A stretch of DNA of 64,000 bases, taken from NCBI RefSeq assembly GCF_009914755.1, contig NC_060926.1; one strand, written 5' to 3'. The notes under the pieces are model-generated. The model was not told where the DNA came from. It did no database searches and saw nothing but the letters and a program-made list of their open reading frames with translations. The DNA is from the human T2T-CHM13v2.0 reference genome, Homo sapiens. Below, one piece after another: positions 1 through 13,385 of the stretch (its first letter is position 1; each line of letters starts with the position of its first letter). A program made the position numbers and the translations under genes.

Positions 1-34
1 TTGGACACAATAAGGTCAATTAATAGGACTCTTA

Positions 35-1560
<1,526 letters not shown>

Positions 1561-1879
1561 TTGAGGAGTAGGACTAAGAGAATTAAACAAGGAGAACACA
1601 CCTGGGATTCTGGCTTCTAACAACCACTTTCTCAGAAGACTTCTACTCCTCTCCTTATGGCCTGTGCAGCAGAAGTTCAGGAATTTACTGTCCAGGAGGA
1701 TTTGTTGGCCGAAGGACAATCACTGCCCATCTGAGGATTTCCCACTTGGAAGCAAACTCCAAAAGAGTCCATCATGGGAGGTCAGGAACTCAACACCTCT
1801 CCCCTGGATCACTGTACTGGATCCTTCCTTGCTGCCGTGATTCTGGACTTACTAGATCTGACACATTAGCTCAACATTA

Positions 1880-2225
1880 TTTCTTAAAATATTGCTCAAA
1901 ATTGGCATCACATTTTTCAGGGCAATTTGTCATCATCTATTAAAACTTAAAATGCTCATGCACTCTGACCTGGCATTTTTACCTCTATGTGTCCCTCAAG
2001 AGCTAAGATAAATGTTGAGGTATGTTCCAAAAAAAGTTTTGTTTGCCATAGTAAAAAAATTGGAACAATTTAAATGACCACCCATAGAGAGATGGTAAAT
2101 ATTAAAGTATAACCTGTCAATACAGTTGAATGTTACGTAGCTGCAGAAAAAACATGTAGTCTTTCTAGATGTGTTGACATGGAAAGGCAACCATGACATC
2201 TGTGTTGGTGCATGTTGAGCATGAA
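1880..2225 (+). mobile_element. Old L1 (L1ME-like) 3' fragment
   Basis: ggcaatttgtcatcatctattaaaac...ttggaacaatttaaatgaccacccatag resembles the ORF2 end/3'UTR of old L1. Confidence 0.65.
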
Positions 2226-2379
2226 ATTCTCTCTCATTGCCTTCTAACAGATCTCCAGTTTTCCTTTGGTCTTCACTTCCTCCCCTTGGCAGCCCATCTG
2301 ACTCAGATTTTCCCAATCCACTTGTTCCCCTAGAGACCCTAAATGTGAAGACCAAATCTGTCCTTAACTCTGCAGCCAA

Positions 2380-2905
2380 AGAAAATTTTAAAAATCTAAT
2401 CACATCACCTTCTTCTCCTTGCCCTTAGAATAAAAACCAGAATCCCATAGAAAGGTCAGCGTGGCCCTGTGTGATCTGGCCACTGACTGCCCACTCCATC
2501 ACATCATCCCCCTCTTGCTTGTTCTCTAGGCTTCTGGCACACTGGCCTTCTTTCTGTTCCTTGAATGACAATGTTTCTTCCTACCACAGGACTTTTAAAC
2601 ATGATGTTCTCACTGCCATCATCCTTCAGACAGCCCAAATGTCACCTTCTCAGGGGAGCCTTCCAGCCAACACAAGCTAGATGAGATCTGTCTGTTTTTA
2701 TTCTAAAAGCCATTTTGTCTTTTTCCCTCTTGGCCCTTCTCATGATGTGCATGCATGCACTCACTGTTTGATGATTTCTCTGTCTCACTCAACCTCAAGA
2801 CCTCTGAGGGAAGGACTGTGTCCATCTTGCTCCAGATTTTAGTACCCAGCACAGTACCTGGGGTATAGTCAGTGTTCCATAAATGTTTATCAAATGAATG
2901 AATCT
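2380..2905 (+). mobile_element. L2 3' fragment
   Basis: Ends cccagcacagtacctgg...cataaatgtttatcaaatgaatgaat (L2 tail). Confidence 0.7.
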
Positions 2906-3039
2906 GAAATTATATCTTACACATAGTAGGAGCTCCACTGATAATGATTAAATGAAACTGAACTGAAAATGATGATTTGTATTTGTCCTGTTAATTTTGA
3001 TCAAATCAATGTATGTGGCTTAAAGATTTAAATATAATA

Positions 3040-3650
3040 TATTCCTCCTTCCTCCATCCAAGCCATCAGCAAATCCTATCAATTCTACTTCTTCCAAAAC
3101 ACATTTCCAGTCTTTCCTCTCCCCTTCATTTCCACCACAATCACCCTAGTGCAGACCACTGCCAGCTCCTATCTGGACTATTGAAATGCTTTCCAATGGG
3201 CCCCTGCCTCCACCTACATTTCTCTGTAGTCATTTTCAAGGAAACAGACAAGACACCCTTTCGAGTAAATCAGATCATGTCAAACCCTTGCTTAAAACTA
3301 TCACTTCCCAACAAAACTACAAACACACTTGAGATGCAGTTCAAATTCTTTACCCTGAAATCTTTTTGACATAATCTCATAATGTTCTCAGGAACTACCT
3401 CTACACTCTAATACACTGCTCTTCCTTCTATTCTTTGTATATTATCAACCTATTTCCATCTTAGGGCCTGCACTGGCTGGTACCTTTGCTGACAGTGCCC
3501 ACCAGTCTGTCATGTCCCTCTGTTGTAAATCTCCACCTGGCATTTTTCTTGTTTATCCCTTCAAGTGTCTTCTTTACTGCTGTATTCTCTGTATCTAGAG
3601 CAGTACCAGGCCCCTAAGAGGCTAATGAATTTCTGTTGGATGGATGAATG
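3040..3650 (+). mobile_element. L2 3' fragment
   Basis: catcagcaaatcctatcaattctac...gtaaatcagatcatgtca...tctagagcagtaccaggc...gttggatggatgaatg. Confidence 0.7.
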
Positions 3651-3684
3651 CCTTTAAAAATTCTTTACTAATTGATTTCCAGCC

Positions 3685-4167
3685 TGATATAGTTTAGATA
3701 TTTGTTCCCTCCAAATCTCATGTTGAAATTCGATCCCCAGTTGTGGAGGTGGGACCTAATGGGAGGTGTTTAGGTCATGAGTTCTCAAGATAACGAGTTC
3801 TTGCTGTATTAGCTCCCATGAGAAGTGATTGTTAAAAAGAGCCTGAGGCACCTCCCTTCCTTCTCTTTCTCCCTCCTCCTCCTTCTCCCTCCTTCTCCAC
3901 CTTCCTCCTCCTTCCTTCTCCACCTTCCTCCTCCTTCCTCCTCCTCCTCCTCTCTTGCAGTGTGATCTGCAAGAACATATGACTTCCCTTTGGCTCCACT
4001 TTGCCTTTTGCCATGAGTGAAAGCAGCCTGAGGCCCTTACCAGAAGAAGAGTCTGGTACCATGCTTCTTGTGCAGCCTGCAGAACTATGAGCCGAATAAA
4101 CCTCTTTTCTTTGTAAATTACCCAGTCTCAGGTATTCCTTTACAGCAGCACAAAACAGACTAACTCA
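3685..4167 (+). mobile_element. MaLR solo LTR, MSTB-like
   Basis: tgatatagtttagatatttg...aataaacctcttttctttgtaaattacccagtctcaggtattcc...actaactca; TG...CA ends; 5-bp TSD cagcc/cagtc. Confidence 0.9.
3852..3955. repeat. CT-rich (CCT/CTT) low-complexity tract inside the MST LTR
   Basis: About 100 nt almost entirely C/T. Confidence 0.9.
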
Positions 4168-4179
4168 CAGTCCTATTAC

Positions 4180-4650
4180 TTCACTGAAAGTATTCTCTTT
4201 TAGCCATTTCCAGAAATGGCTTTTTTGTTCTTATCCTCTTGAACCTCCCTCCTCTTCCCCTGCTGCAAATTGGATACCTCCTTTCTTTTCTTGTTTCCTT
4301 CCTTTCCTTCTGTGAAGCCTCTCTCTCACCACCCAGCTGACTGCTCCTTCTCTCTCCCTTCTAATAGCATCTCCCATTCTCACACTTTGAAAATCCTCTG
4401 TGGTTTTTATTCCTCTCCCTCTCTTAGAAACACCATCTGTCCCAAGACTTCCAACAAAATCTCTGCAACCATGACTCAACTACCTACACCTCTTACCCCA
4501 GCCTTTCATTCACATTTCCGTCTTCTTTATTGCCCTACAATGTTTTCAAATTCCATGTGTTAAATCTTCCTCTTTCCCAGCTAGTTTTGCTTTAAAAAGT
4601 CCTCTTTAAGGTCAAAAGCACCAAGACTCATCCTTGCCCCATAACCCAGG
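4180..4650 (+). mobile_element. L2 fragment
   Basis: Pyrimidine-rich degenerate L2-like text (ttcattcacatttcc, caatgttttcaaattccatgtgt). Confidence 0.5.
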
Positions 4651-4829
4651 AATTGAGTTATGATTAATTCTTGCTTCCCTTTTGGCCTAAACAGCCAAGC
4701 TCTCATCTTGGCCTTCTGTGTCTTCTCTATATTTTTCGGATTCAACACTTTTCCATTCCCATTTCAGGCCCACTCTGCTTTTACCTACAATAATGCAAAC
4801 TCTCCCATCTTTGAAAATGCCCTTTTTAG

Positions 4830-4960
4830 CTCTGAAAACTCAGAACCACAGGATAGTAGAATTGGAAAGATTCTTTGAGGGAACCTGTCTCATTTTTTGA
4901 AATGGGAAAACTGAGTCCCAAAAAATAACTAGGATTTGCTCAATAGTGCAGCTAAGCATT
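4830..4960 (-). mobile_element. MIR fragment
   Basis: ctcattttttgaaatgggaaaactgagtccc (MIR core, reverse orientation). Confidence 0.6.
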
Positions 4961-5250
4961 CACGTTAGAGATTTTTCCACCTATCCTTCCACAATGTCTT
5001 GTCTCCAAAACATTCTTTCTAACTTGGCTTTCTTTTCTACACAGCTGCCATGTTGGTCTTCCTTAAGATGGAAATAATCCTGTTGTTTTCCTACATAAAA
5101 AAAAAAAACTTCAGGGACTTCTAATGCCTCAGTTAAGCTGAGAAGTTTACTCAGAATTGCTAGATCTACTGCTCTCAGATTTAAGCTCAAACTCCTCCAC
5201 CCAGTATCTGGCATTCAGGTTTTTATAAGCTGATACCTCTCCTGCTTATA

Positions 5251-5320
5251 AATGGAATGGAAAGGGAATGAATGAGTAGAGTATGGAATGGAATGGAAAG
5301 GGAATGAATGAGTAGAGTAT
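5251..5320. repeat. 36-bp tandem duplication (about 2 copies)
   Basis: aatggaatggaaagggaatgaatgagtagagtat occurs identically at 5251 and 5287. Confidence 0.95.
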
Positions 5321-5321
5321 T

Positions 5322-5535
5322 GGCAGACAAATTTCAGAGCAGTATGAAGAGTTTTCTAAGTATTAAAATTATTCTTCAATGGCATGGATTTTCTTGGGAG
5401 CTAGTGAGCTTCCTATGAACCTCAGTGTTCAAGAACAGGCTAGACAATACTTAACAATAAATATTAGAAAGAGAGCCTCCATTATGGTGGTGGAAGCTGG
5501 TTGAGATGAGTTCAGACTCCTTACACCTCTGAGTG
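5322..5535 (+). mobile_element. L3/CR1 3' fragment
   Basis: gagctagtgagcttcc...gtgttcaagaacaggctagac...gatgagttcagactcc resembles the CR1/L3 3' end. Confidence 0.6.
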
Positions 5536-5555
5536 CTAACACCCAGTATCCTTCC

Positions 5556-5874
5556 TGTCTTAATTGGCTTGGGCTGCTATAACAACTAGGTGGCTTGAAC
5601 AATAGAAATTTATTTCTCACCGTTCTAGAGGCTGGAAAATCTAAGTTCAGAGTGCCAACATTCCTGGGTTCCAGTGAGGGTCCTCTTCTGGGTTGCAGAC
5701 TGCTGACTTCTTATTGTATCCTGACATGATAGAAAAAGAGCAAGCTATCTCTGTGGCCTCTTCTTATAAGGGCTAATCCCATTCATGAGGGTCCTACCCT
5801 CCAAATACTATCACACTGGGAAATAGATTTCAACACGTGAATTTGGAGGGGACACGAATATTTAATCCATTGCA
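5556..5874 (-). mobile_element. MaLR solo LTR, MLT1A-like
   Basis: tgtcttaattggcttgggctgctataaca...aatttatttctcaccgttctagaggctgg...ccattgca; TSD cttcc/ctccc. Confidence 0.88.
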
Positions 5875-5899
5875 CTCCCCATTCTAGCCTACTTCTGGA

Positions 5900-6800
5900 T
5901 TCCTTTGACATGCCACTCCAAAAACATCTGAACTTCTAGCTTGCCCCATATGGCCCTCCACTTTCCTATCCTTCTATTCCTTTGTTTATGCTATTCTTGA
6001 TGCCTACAATGTCTCTTTCAACCATCTCCATGAAACACATTTAAATGTCATTTCTTCTAAGACATCTTTACAGATACCTCCAATTGAGTGTCTCTGTGTC
6101 ACTGTCTCTACCTCTAGCTCTGTCTTATCTCGCTCAACCTCCCTTAGCATAAAATCATGTAATTATGTTGCTCAGGATAGATTGGAAGGAACATTAATGG
6201 GCATCTGGTCCAAATACCTATGATTTTATTCTCTTGCTGTCTCCTCTCCCAGGGAGTCCTGTACATCATTGCTGGGTAAATCCACATACCCTTCCTTTCA
6301 TTGCATTTTTTTCTGTTAGAAAACCTCCAGAAATCCCTGCCTCAAATCTGTGCCTCTTCATCCTGCAGTCAAAGTCACCATCAGTAGCTCCCACTCCTGA
6401 CTCTCTCACCAGAAGAGTCTCTCTCCTTTGATCGGACGAGCTCCATCTACTCCTTTACTCACATCCCTGTTCCTTCTTCCCTGTATGTTCAGGCCATTCT
6501 CTATGCCTGAAATGCTTTACCCTTTCTTCACTTATAAGAAATGTGTTACACTCCTCTCCAGGAAGACTTTCTTAATTACGAGGGCCAATGTTTTTATTTT
6601 AAATTTCTTAATTATTACCCATACAGTAATGAAATGCCTGTCTCAATACTGATGGTGAATTGTTTTCTAGCTATTTTGAGTATTGACATTCTCTCTTCCT
6701 ACTGGGAACATGAACCACCTCATCTTTCTCTTACCCACTTCCACCCACTCAGTGCATCAAGTACACAGGAAACCATAAACACTTGCTGATATTTGTTAAG
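5900..6800 (+). mobile_element. Degraded L2 fragments
   Basis: tttaaatgtcatttcttct, ctatgcctgaaatgcttt, and an L2-like tail cataaacacttgctga. Confidence 0.5.
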
Positions 6801-9800
6801 CAAGTTACATCTTTATAGTGGCCATTTTATCAAACAATAGCCACAAGTGTATATTGTGGTGAGAAGCAAAACCGGATAGAAAGAAAAAAATATGTATTTG
6901 GAAGGGGAGACCACAAGGAGAAGCTGAATATTAGCAGTGAAACAAAGAGGTAATAAACCTTAATAGTTTCCTAAAAGAGTAGGCATGATTGCTTTAATTG
7001 AAACAGAAGACACGAACACTGGAGATGTGCTCCTTTAACACCAGGAAGATGAATTAGAAAAGCTGCCCAAATATTTTTTCTTGAGTGATGTATTATGTGA
7101 TGAGAAGCTTGTAATACGTTATGGTTGCACCTTTGACATATGATTTAACCCGTTGATGCAAAGTCTGGATTTCTTGGTTTGCCTCTGTCTGCCTTTAGCT
7201 ATTAGAAAAGATATTCTAAAATGAGAGCAGAAATGGATCCTTATAAGGGTTTGATGTGGAGGGTGAAGTCTTTCTGCAGATTTATGCTGCGAATTTAGAG
7301 TAGCTTAGGAAGAATTGCAAAACCGAACGCTGCAATATGAAAGTTATTCCTTAGAGACAGATCACTCTGAAGTCTGGCTCCAAGTGGTCTTCCTGCTTAA
7401 GCTTCCAGGCCAAATCATGGCAGACAAATATATTGCTGGAAATTGGAGATGTGGCATTTTCACTCTTCTGAATGTTTCAGACAGGTAACTTTTACTGCAG
7501 GAAAGTCTTTCATAGTAGAACTAAGCCAAGGTGTAGACCCTCATCTTGGCCCAGGTTCAGGGAGGTGGCCAGTGTCTAACAAGGCAATCAGAGGAATTTG
7601 TAAAGGGGCTTCTGAACATTCTGACATAAACTCAGTGAATTTGGGTTGGGGTGGAGAAACAGGGCCCTCTCTCCATGGAATCCCCAGGCATGCACTTCAA
7701 AGGCAATTAGCATTGCTGATCAAGCAAACAACTTGTACCTTACTATCTTTTATAGGAGTATTTAAAACTTTTTAACAAAACACATGCCTTCTTCATGTCA
7801 CTGCTATGCTGGTAGCTCTTATTTTAAATGTATTATGACTTCTAAATGCTTTTCTGCCATGCTTACATAGAGCCAACCCAGCTACATCTCATATTTGGCA
7901 AGTTTAATGAGTTTCCTCTCCTATCTCTCTCTTCCATCATTAACATTGTTCTTGAGATGTTCAAGCAGGCGTGAGCTCAGCCCAACACTCATAAACCTTG
8001 TCCTCTTCTGCCTTTTGGGTCATGCTGACCTGGTCTTGGGGTAACTACTCTGTGGTCACATCCTGTTTGCTAGTTGAGCACCCATCTAATGGTGTCTTTG
8101 CCTCTATAGCATTTCCTCCAGATTACTGATGACTACAGCACATGGGAAAGCACCAAAAGCCAGGGTACAAGGCAACCAGAGTGTATCAGCTGCTTCCCTT
8201 CAATTCACCAGGCCGACCCTAAAGTCCTAAGTCCAGACTAGCCATGAACTATTTTCTCACTGTTACCCTAGTCTCCTTAAAACTGTTCTCAAAACTATTT
8301 TTCTACTACTTTGCTGAGTTTGGAATAAATACCACCTTGCATTTGCTAGGTCTTTGAGTTCTGATTGTGGCAATTAGCTTTAGCATCCTCTTTTATGTCC
8401 TCTTATAAAAACGATCCACCACCTAGTCCATATCTCAATTTCATCTTCAATATGGCTCCAGACTCCTCCTTCCCTTTGTCTCTCCTTGTTCCAGGTTGCA
8501 GTCCTAGAATGAACACAGAGCAAAATTCAGACACTAGGCTATTTCTTTCCTGCAGTATTTTTTCCCAGCATCTGACAAGTTCATAGCCTGTCTTTCTCTC
8601 TGGGATTGTTCCTTTACAGAAATGTACATGGATTAAATAACAACAATACTCACCATCAGGTTTGAAAGGCATGGGGGATGCAAAGTGCCTGACTCAGGCT
8701 TTCCCACAAATCTGAGAAATGAATCTGGAGAATTCTGTTACTCTTTAACAGCTGTCTTTGAAAGGGAGAAGACATAGAGTGGATGTTATGGGCCCACCCA
8801 ACAAAGTTGACCTCCTTGAGTCAGGTGCAAGGCCAGACAGACACACAGGAGAACAAGTTGATGGGACCTAACAACGCCATCTAAAATTTTCACCCCAGAA
8901 TTTACAAACTGGGCATTTCCTTTGTTTAAAAAACTTTTGCTTTAAAGTGGGTGTTCCAATAGCATGTGGGACTCTATAGCTCAGACAGAGGGTCTAACTT
9001 TTGTCTAAAACCAGGAGTTTCATTGAGGAAAACAACAGAATAACTGATTACAGGTTATGATATTCAATGAAACCTCAAGAACACTGTAGCTTCTCAGTCC
9101 ACTTGGGACTGTAATGATAAGCCCCACACTCTAAAAGATTTAACTGAGAGAAAAGGAAGTTAGCATATTTAAACCCCTTTCTTATTAACACTAACAACAA
9201 TTAATTACAAACATTTATTCTGATTTATGGACACCTGCTTAGCATCAGCAACACAGACCCACCCCTCCAATTATTTAGTGATACAATGGCACATTCATTT
9301 TGCTCTGTGGAGTCAAGCCTTTTCTAATTTCCTGTGTAGCCACCTTCAGTTCTGTGTATATCTTCCTATTTTAAATTACCAACAGGCCTCAAACATATTT
9401 GCCTGGTTTTGAAAGCAGCAGGAGGTGCTTTTTGAAGTTTCTGAAATACACACACATGCATACATGCATTGCATGCATGCACTCACATGGGGCACTCAAT
9501 CCAAGCACAAGGTGATAAGATCCTTTCCGTGCAAAAGTTTTCCAAGTACTTACTCACACTCAGACATACAAAACTTCTGTTTTTCTCCCTTATTTTAATG
9601 ATCTATCACAATTAGATAACTTCTTATTTATAACACTATTTTTGCAGTCACGAAGAAATACAAGAAAAGTGATGACCAAAATGACTTTAGAAGTCAGCCT
9701 CGGACATTATTTTCTGCTATTAGTCCTTACCAATGTCAAGTGCAAAATTTAAATTAACAAGCACTTCCCTTATTGGAATGACTTCAGCACTTTTGCTGCC

Positions 9801-10759
9801 TTCCATTGATTTCTATTTACTTTGGCAGCCACAGGCAAGAAGAACATATTTCTGTGCCTGAAGAAGCACCCTAAGGCTTCACTAGGGTGTATAGATGCGA
9901 ATGCCATGATGAAATGTTGCTGCGAGGTTATTCTAAAAATTAACATAACACAAGAGGAGCACTATTTATGTAGTGTTTCTACAGGCCTTACCTTCCTGTT
10001 AGCGTTGTGTTAGAGTCATCTCCTGGCTATATTTCTCATATTAACAACTGGTCTATAGTCCTTTAACCTAACAGTAAATATGCTGTCAAAGCCATTTTAA
10101 TACTAAACAGCTTACCTGCAAATATGTCATATGCCAGATATTCTGGACCAGAGGTAACCTTGACCCCACACTAAGCTTGTAGGAAAAGAAGCTAATGCCT
10201 CTAAATCATGAGGTTACTGTTGGTGACAGGTGTGTATAAAGAACATTCTTCATTAGAAATACCAATAATAAATATTTCTAAGCTCCAAGTTGGCTTCAAG
10301 AAGGCATGAAAATCTATAGAAGGGTTAAAATAAGCTTTGGACTCATTGTACGGTTTTTTCAATTCTTTGTAAACTGTTAGCCTCAGGTTTCTTAGAGTTG
10401 AAAAACCCATGGAATAAATACAATCAGAAGATACTCCCTTTCCTTTTTTCTCTTCTCCATTTTATCACCTGCAATAAATAGCCAATCATATTATAGCATA
10501 TTCATCTATGAAAGATAGCTAGACAGAAATATGAGCTACCACATTTTTCTTGAACCCATTTCCCATATTCTGACATTTCAAACATTTGCCAACACCCAGT
10601 GGCTCCGCCAGTTTTATCAATAATATAAAAATGAAGAAAGTTAAACTAAATTAAAAACAAAAAAACTCAACTCTAGAGGACTACAGACAATATTTCTCAC
10701 CCTGCTTTTAAATTAAGGCTTTGTTTGTCCAATGTCAGCCTCAACTCCTCCTTCTGGGA

Positions 10760-10900
10760 CTGGAGGAGATGCCAATAAGTGACCTTGATATGGAGGAAGA
10801 GTACCCAGACTTCTATCACCATAGCCAGACAGATTATCGTGCCTCAGTTTTCTTATAAAGACAAATGTTCCTAATAAAATCCTAAAGGGTACTATGAGAG
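10760..10900 (+). mobile_element. MIR fragment
   Basis: gtgcctcagttttcttataa...aataaaatcctaaagggtactatgagag. Confidence 0.5.
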
Positions 10901-12139
10901 GATGGGTACAAACCCACTTTGGGAACCAGAGCTTCCCAGCCCTACCATGGTGACTCCAGCCTTTCCTGACTCCCTGCCTAGCCTTCCACAGGTTGTGTCC
11001 ACAGGATAGAATGCCCCAGAAGCCTGTTTGGTTGAAAGTTGGGTGGGGGGAGGGGCATGTTGACAGGCAAGAGGCAGTTAATTCAGCTGCAACTCAACCA
11101 GAGCACCCGAACTATCCCTCTGGGGTAGGAAGAGGGGGGCATGGGCTCCTTTAATGACCCCAGATAGTCAGGACCTCTGTTTTATGTCTTATCGCAATTA
11201 CAGCGAGACCAGGCCCGGTAAGTCGAAGCAGCTGCAGGGCCACATGCACATTAACTACGGATGTGCTGCCCCTTCAGATCTCGCCTGCACAGGCACTCCC
11301 CCCACCCCCCACTGGGCCAAATCCATTTCTTTGAAGCATTATATACAAAAGCCACTTCTCGGAAATTCTGACTTACTTTTGAAAGATGCTATATACTTAC
11401 TCTTCACCACTTTGAGACACTGGCTAATGATACTCATAGAAAAACATTAGCCAGTCCCCTGTATAAATGGGCTATTTCTAATGAGAAAGTTTCTACAGTA
11501 GAAAACATCTCATGGTGTCTCCTGCCATTGTGGTGGGTGGTTTCCTAAGCAACCTCACTAGCGTCTACCAGCAGGCATTATTCCATCAGGTCCTTGCCCT
11601 GCCTCACCTCCACACTCTCTTAGCTCTTCAACAAACCTGTCCTGACTCCAACATGGAGATGCTGGGAACACAGCCATGAGAGATTCTGACAAGTCTTGAC
11701 TTCATTCAGCTTCCCAGTCAAGGGACAATTAATTACCGTGATGTGGAGTGAGTGTGCAGGAAATTAGAACCTTATTAACAGTGACAATATGGTTCTCAGG
11801 ACAAACACATAGAGCCCATCTTCACTTCATAAGGGAAGCTTTAGAAGGGTAAAGATGGCTTTTGAACCACTTTGGCTAAAAAGGAATGTGTAGTTTTCTA
11901 AACCCAGATATGATTCCTACCTATAACCTTGGAAATTTACCAGGTTAAAGAATGAATCTAAATGTGAAATTCTGCCACCTTAGAATAGAGCAAGGACTGG
12001 ATTTTGTTAGGTCCTGCATCCAGTTAACAATTTCTTTATAAGTTGTATTCCTGAAATTCATTAGGAAGTAGTATTTGGGGTTTCAGAATGTGTGTTTCCA
12101 TTAAACAGGTGTCATGGTAGCATTTCATTTTATTTGTTC

Positions 12140-12330
12140 AGCAATTATTTGCATAGGCTTCCCTAAATAAATAATAGGTCTTAACCCATTAAACCCTCAT
12201 TGGAACCCTGTGAAGCAGATGCCTTTCTTATCCCCATTTGCAGATGAGGAAGCTGAACATTGAGAGGTTAAGTAACTTCCACAGGGTCACACAGCAGATG
12301 AAAGTAGCAATTTCCACAGGATCCTTGCTA
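12140..12330 (-). mobile_element. MIR
   Basis: ccccatttgcagatgaggaagctgaacattgagaggttaagtaacttccacagggtcacacagc. Confidence 0.85.
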
Positions 12331-13069
12331 AGCTGTCTAGGCATCAGCTTGCCAGGGAAGCTCTCTGAGAACAACACTCTGAACAGCCCATTCCTATCCT
12401 CAAGGCTGCTCCAACTCTGCTACCTGCTGGGAATAATCTGATCTGGACCCTATGTCCAGGGCAAACACTGCTCCATGCCAGGAGGAGCAGCAGATCTTGA
12501 ATGCTGACACTTGCAGGTTCCCTGAAGCCAGGGAAGGAAGATACAAAGCAGAGTCCATCCCCTGTGGCTCCTTGACCCTAGGCTTTTGGGAAGAGACTCT
12601 TATGCCAAAAGAGATCTCAGGGAAGACAAAATCTCATAATTGGGGGTGCCTAATCCCTTTCCCCAGCCAATCTGCAAGAGCCATTGCTTCAGAGTTGGGC
12701 AGCTGAACAGCCAGAGTGGGCTGGAGGTGGAAGGGTGCAGCTGGGCTCACACCCATATTGGCCGTCAAATGCCAGGGTCCTCTGGACCACAGCACCCCAT
12801 CTGCATCAGGAGGTACACAGCAGTGGGGTTTTGACTAGGAAAGGAAAAGCACCAGTTTCTTTCCCAGGAGTCCAGATACATGTAACTCTGACCCTAGTGC
12901 GGTAGACACCATTAGTCTAATTCCCATGCATTTGATGGAGAGCTGCCCTTAAAACACAGGCAGTAGGCATTTACAGTTTTGCACCACTAAATGAACCACC
13001 TGCCGTTGTCATAACAGAAGGAATAAACATTCAAGACAAAATGCAGGTGAAAGCTATTTTCAAGGGTAA

Positions 13070-13385
13070 CAAAGTAAGCTCTCCAAGACGGGAAGTGTTC
13101 AAGCATCACTTGGCCCAGACGTGATAGAGGGAATTCAGATATCTAGGTGGTTCAACTAGATCAATGCTTTCCAAATGTAGACATTCACCACGATCTCCTG
13201 GGGAACTTTGAAAAGAAAATACATTTTGTCAGGTCCAATGCCATATGGTAAGATTCATTAGGTCTGGAGTGAGACTTAAGGAATCTGTAAGTTTCACAAA
13301 ACTGACAGTGATTCTAGAGCTCACCAGGACAAGGAATATTTGGACAGGATGACCTCTGTGATTCTGTTAGAGAGTCTGTGATTTC
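13070..13385 (+). mobile_element. L3/CR1 3' fragment split by a MER5 element
   Basis: gaagtgttcaagc...ggtggttcaactagat [MER5] gatgacctctgtgattctg. Confidence 0.55.
13162..13341. mobile_element. MER5-type hAT-Charlie MITE
   Basis: caatgctttccaaa...tcacc...ggggaactttgaaaa...ggtctggagtgagac...gtgattct. Confidence 0.65.

Noticed and set aside
2747-2760. 14-bp palindrome gtgcatgcatgcac
   Set aside because: Simple (TGCA)n repeat within an L2
5251-5320. 36-bp repeat as CRISPR-like or as HSat (GGAAT)n satellite
   Set aside because: Only two adjacent copies, no spacers, eukaryotic context; too short for a satellite array
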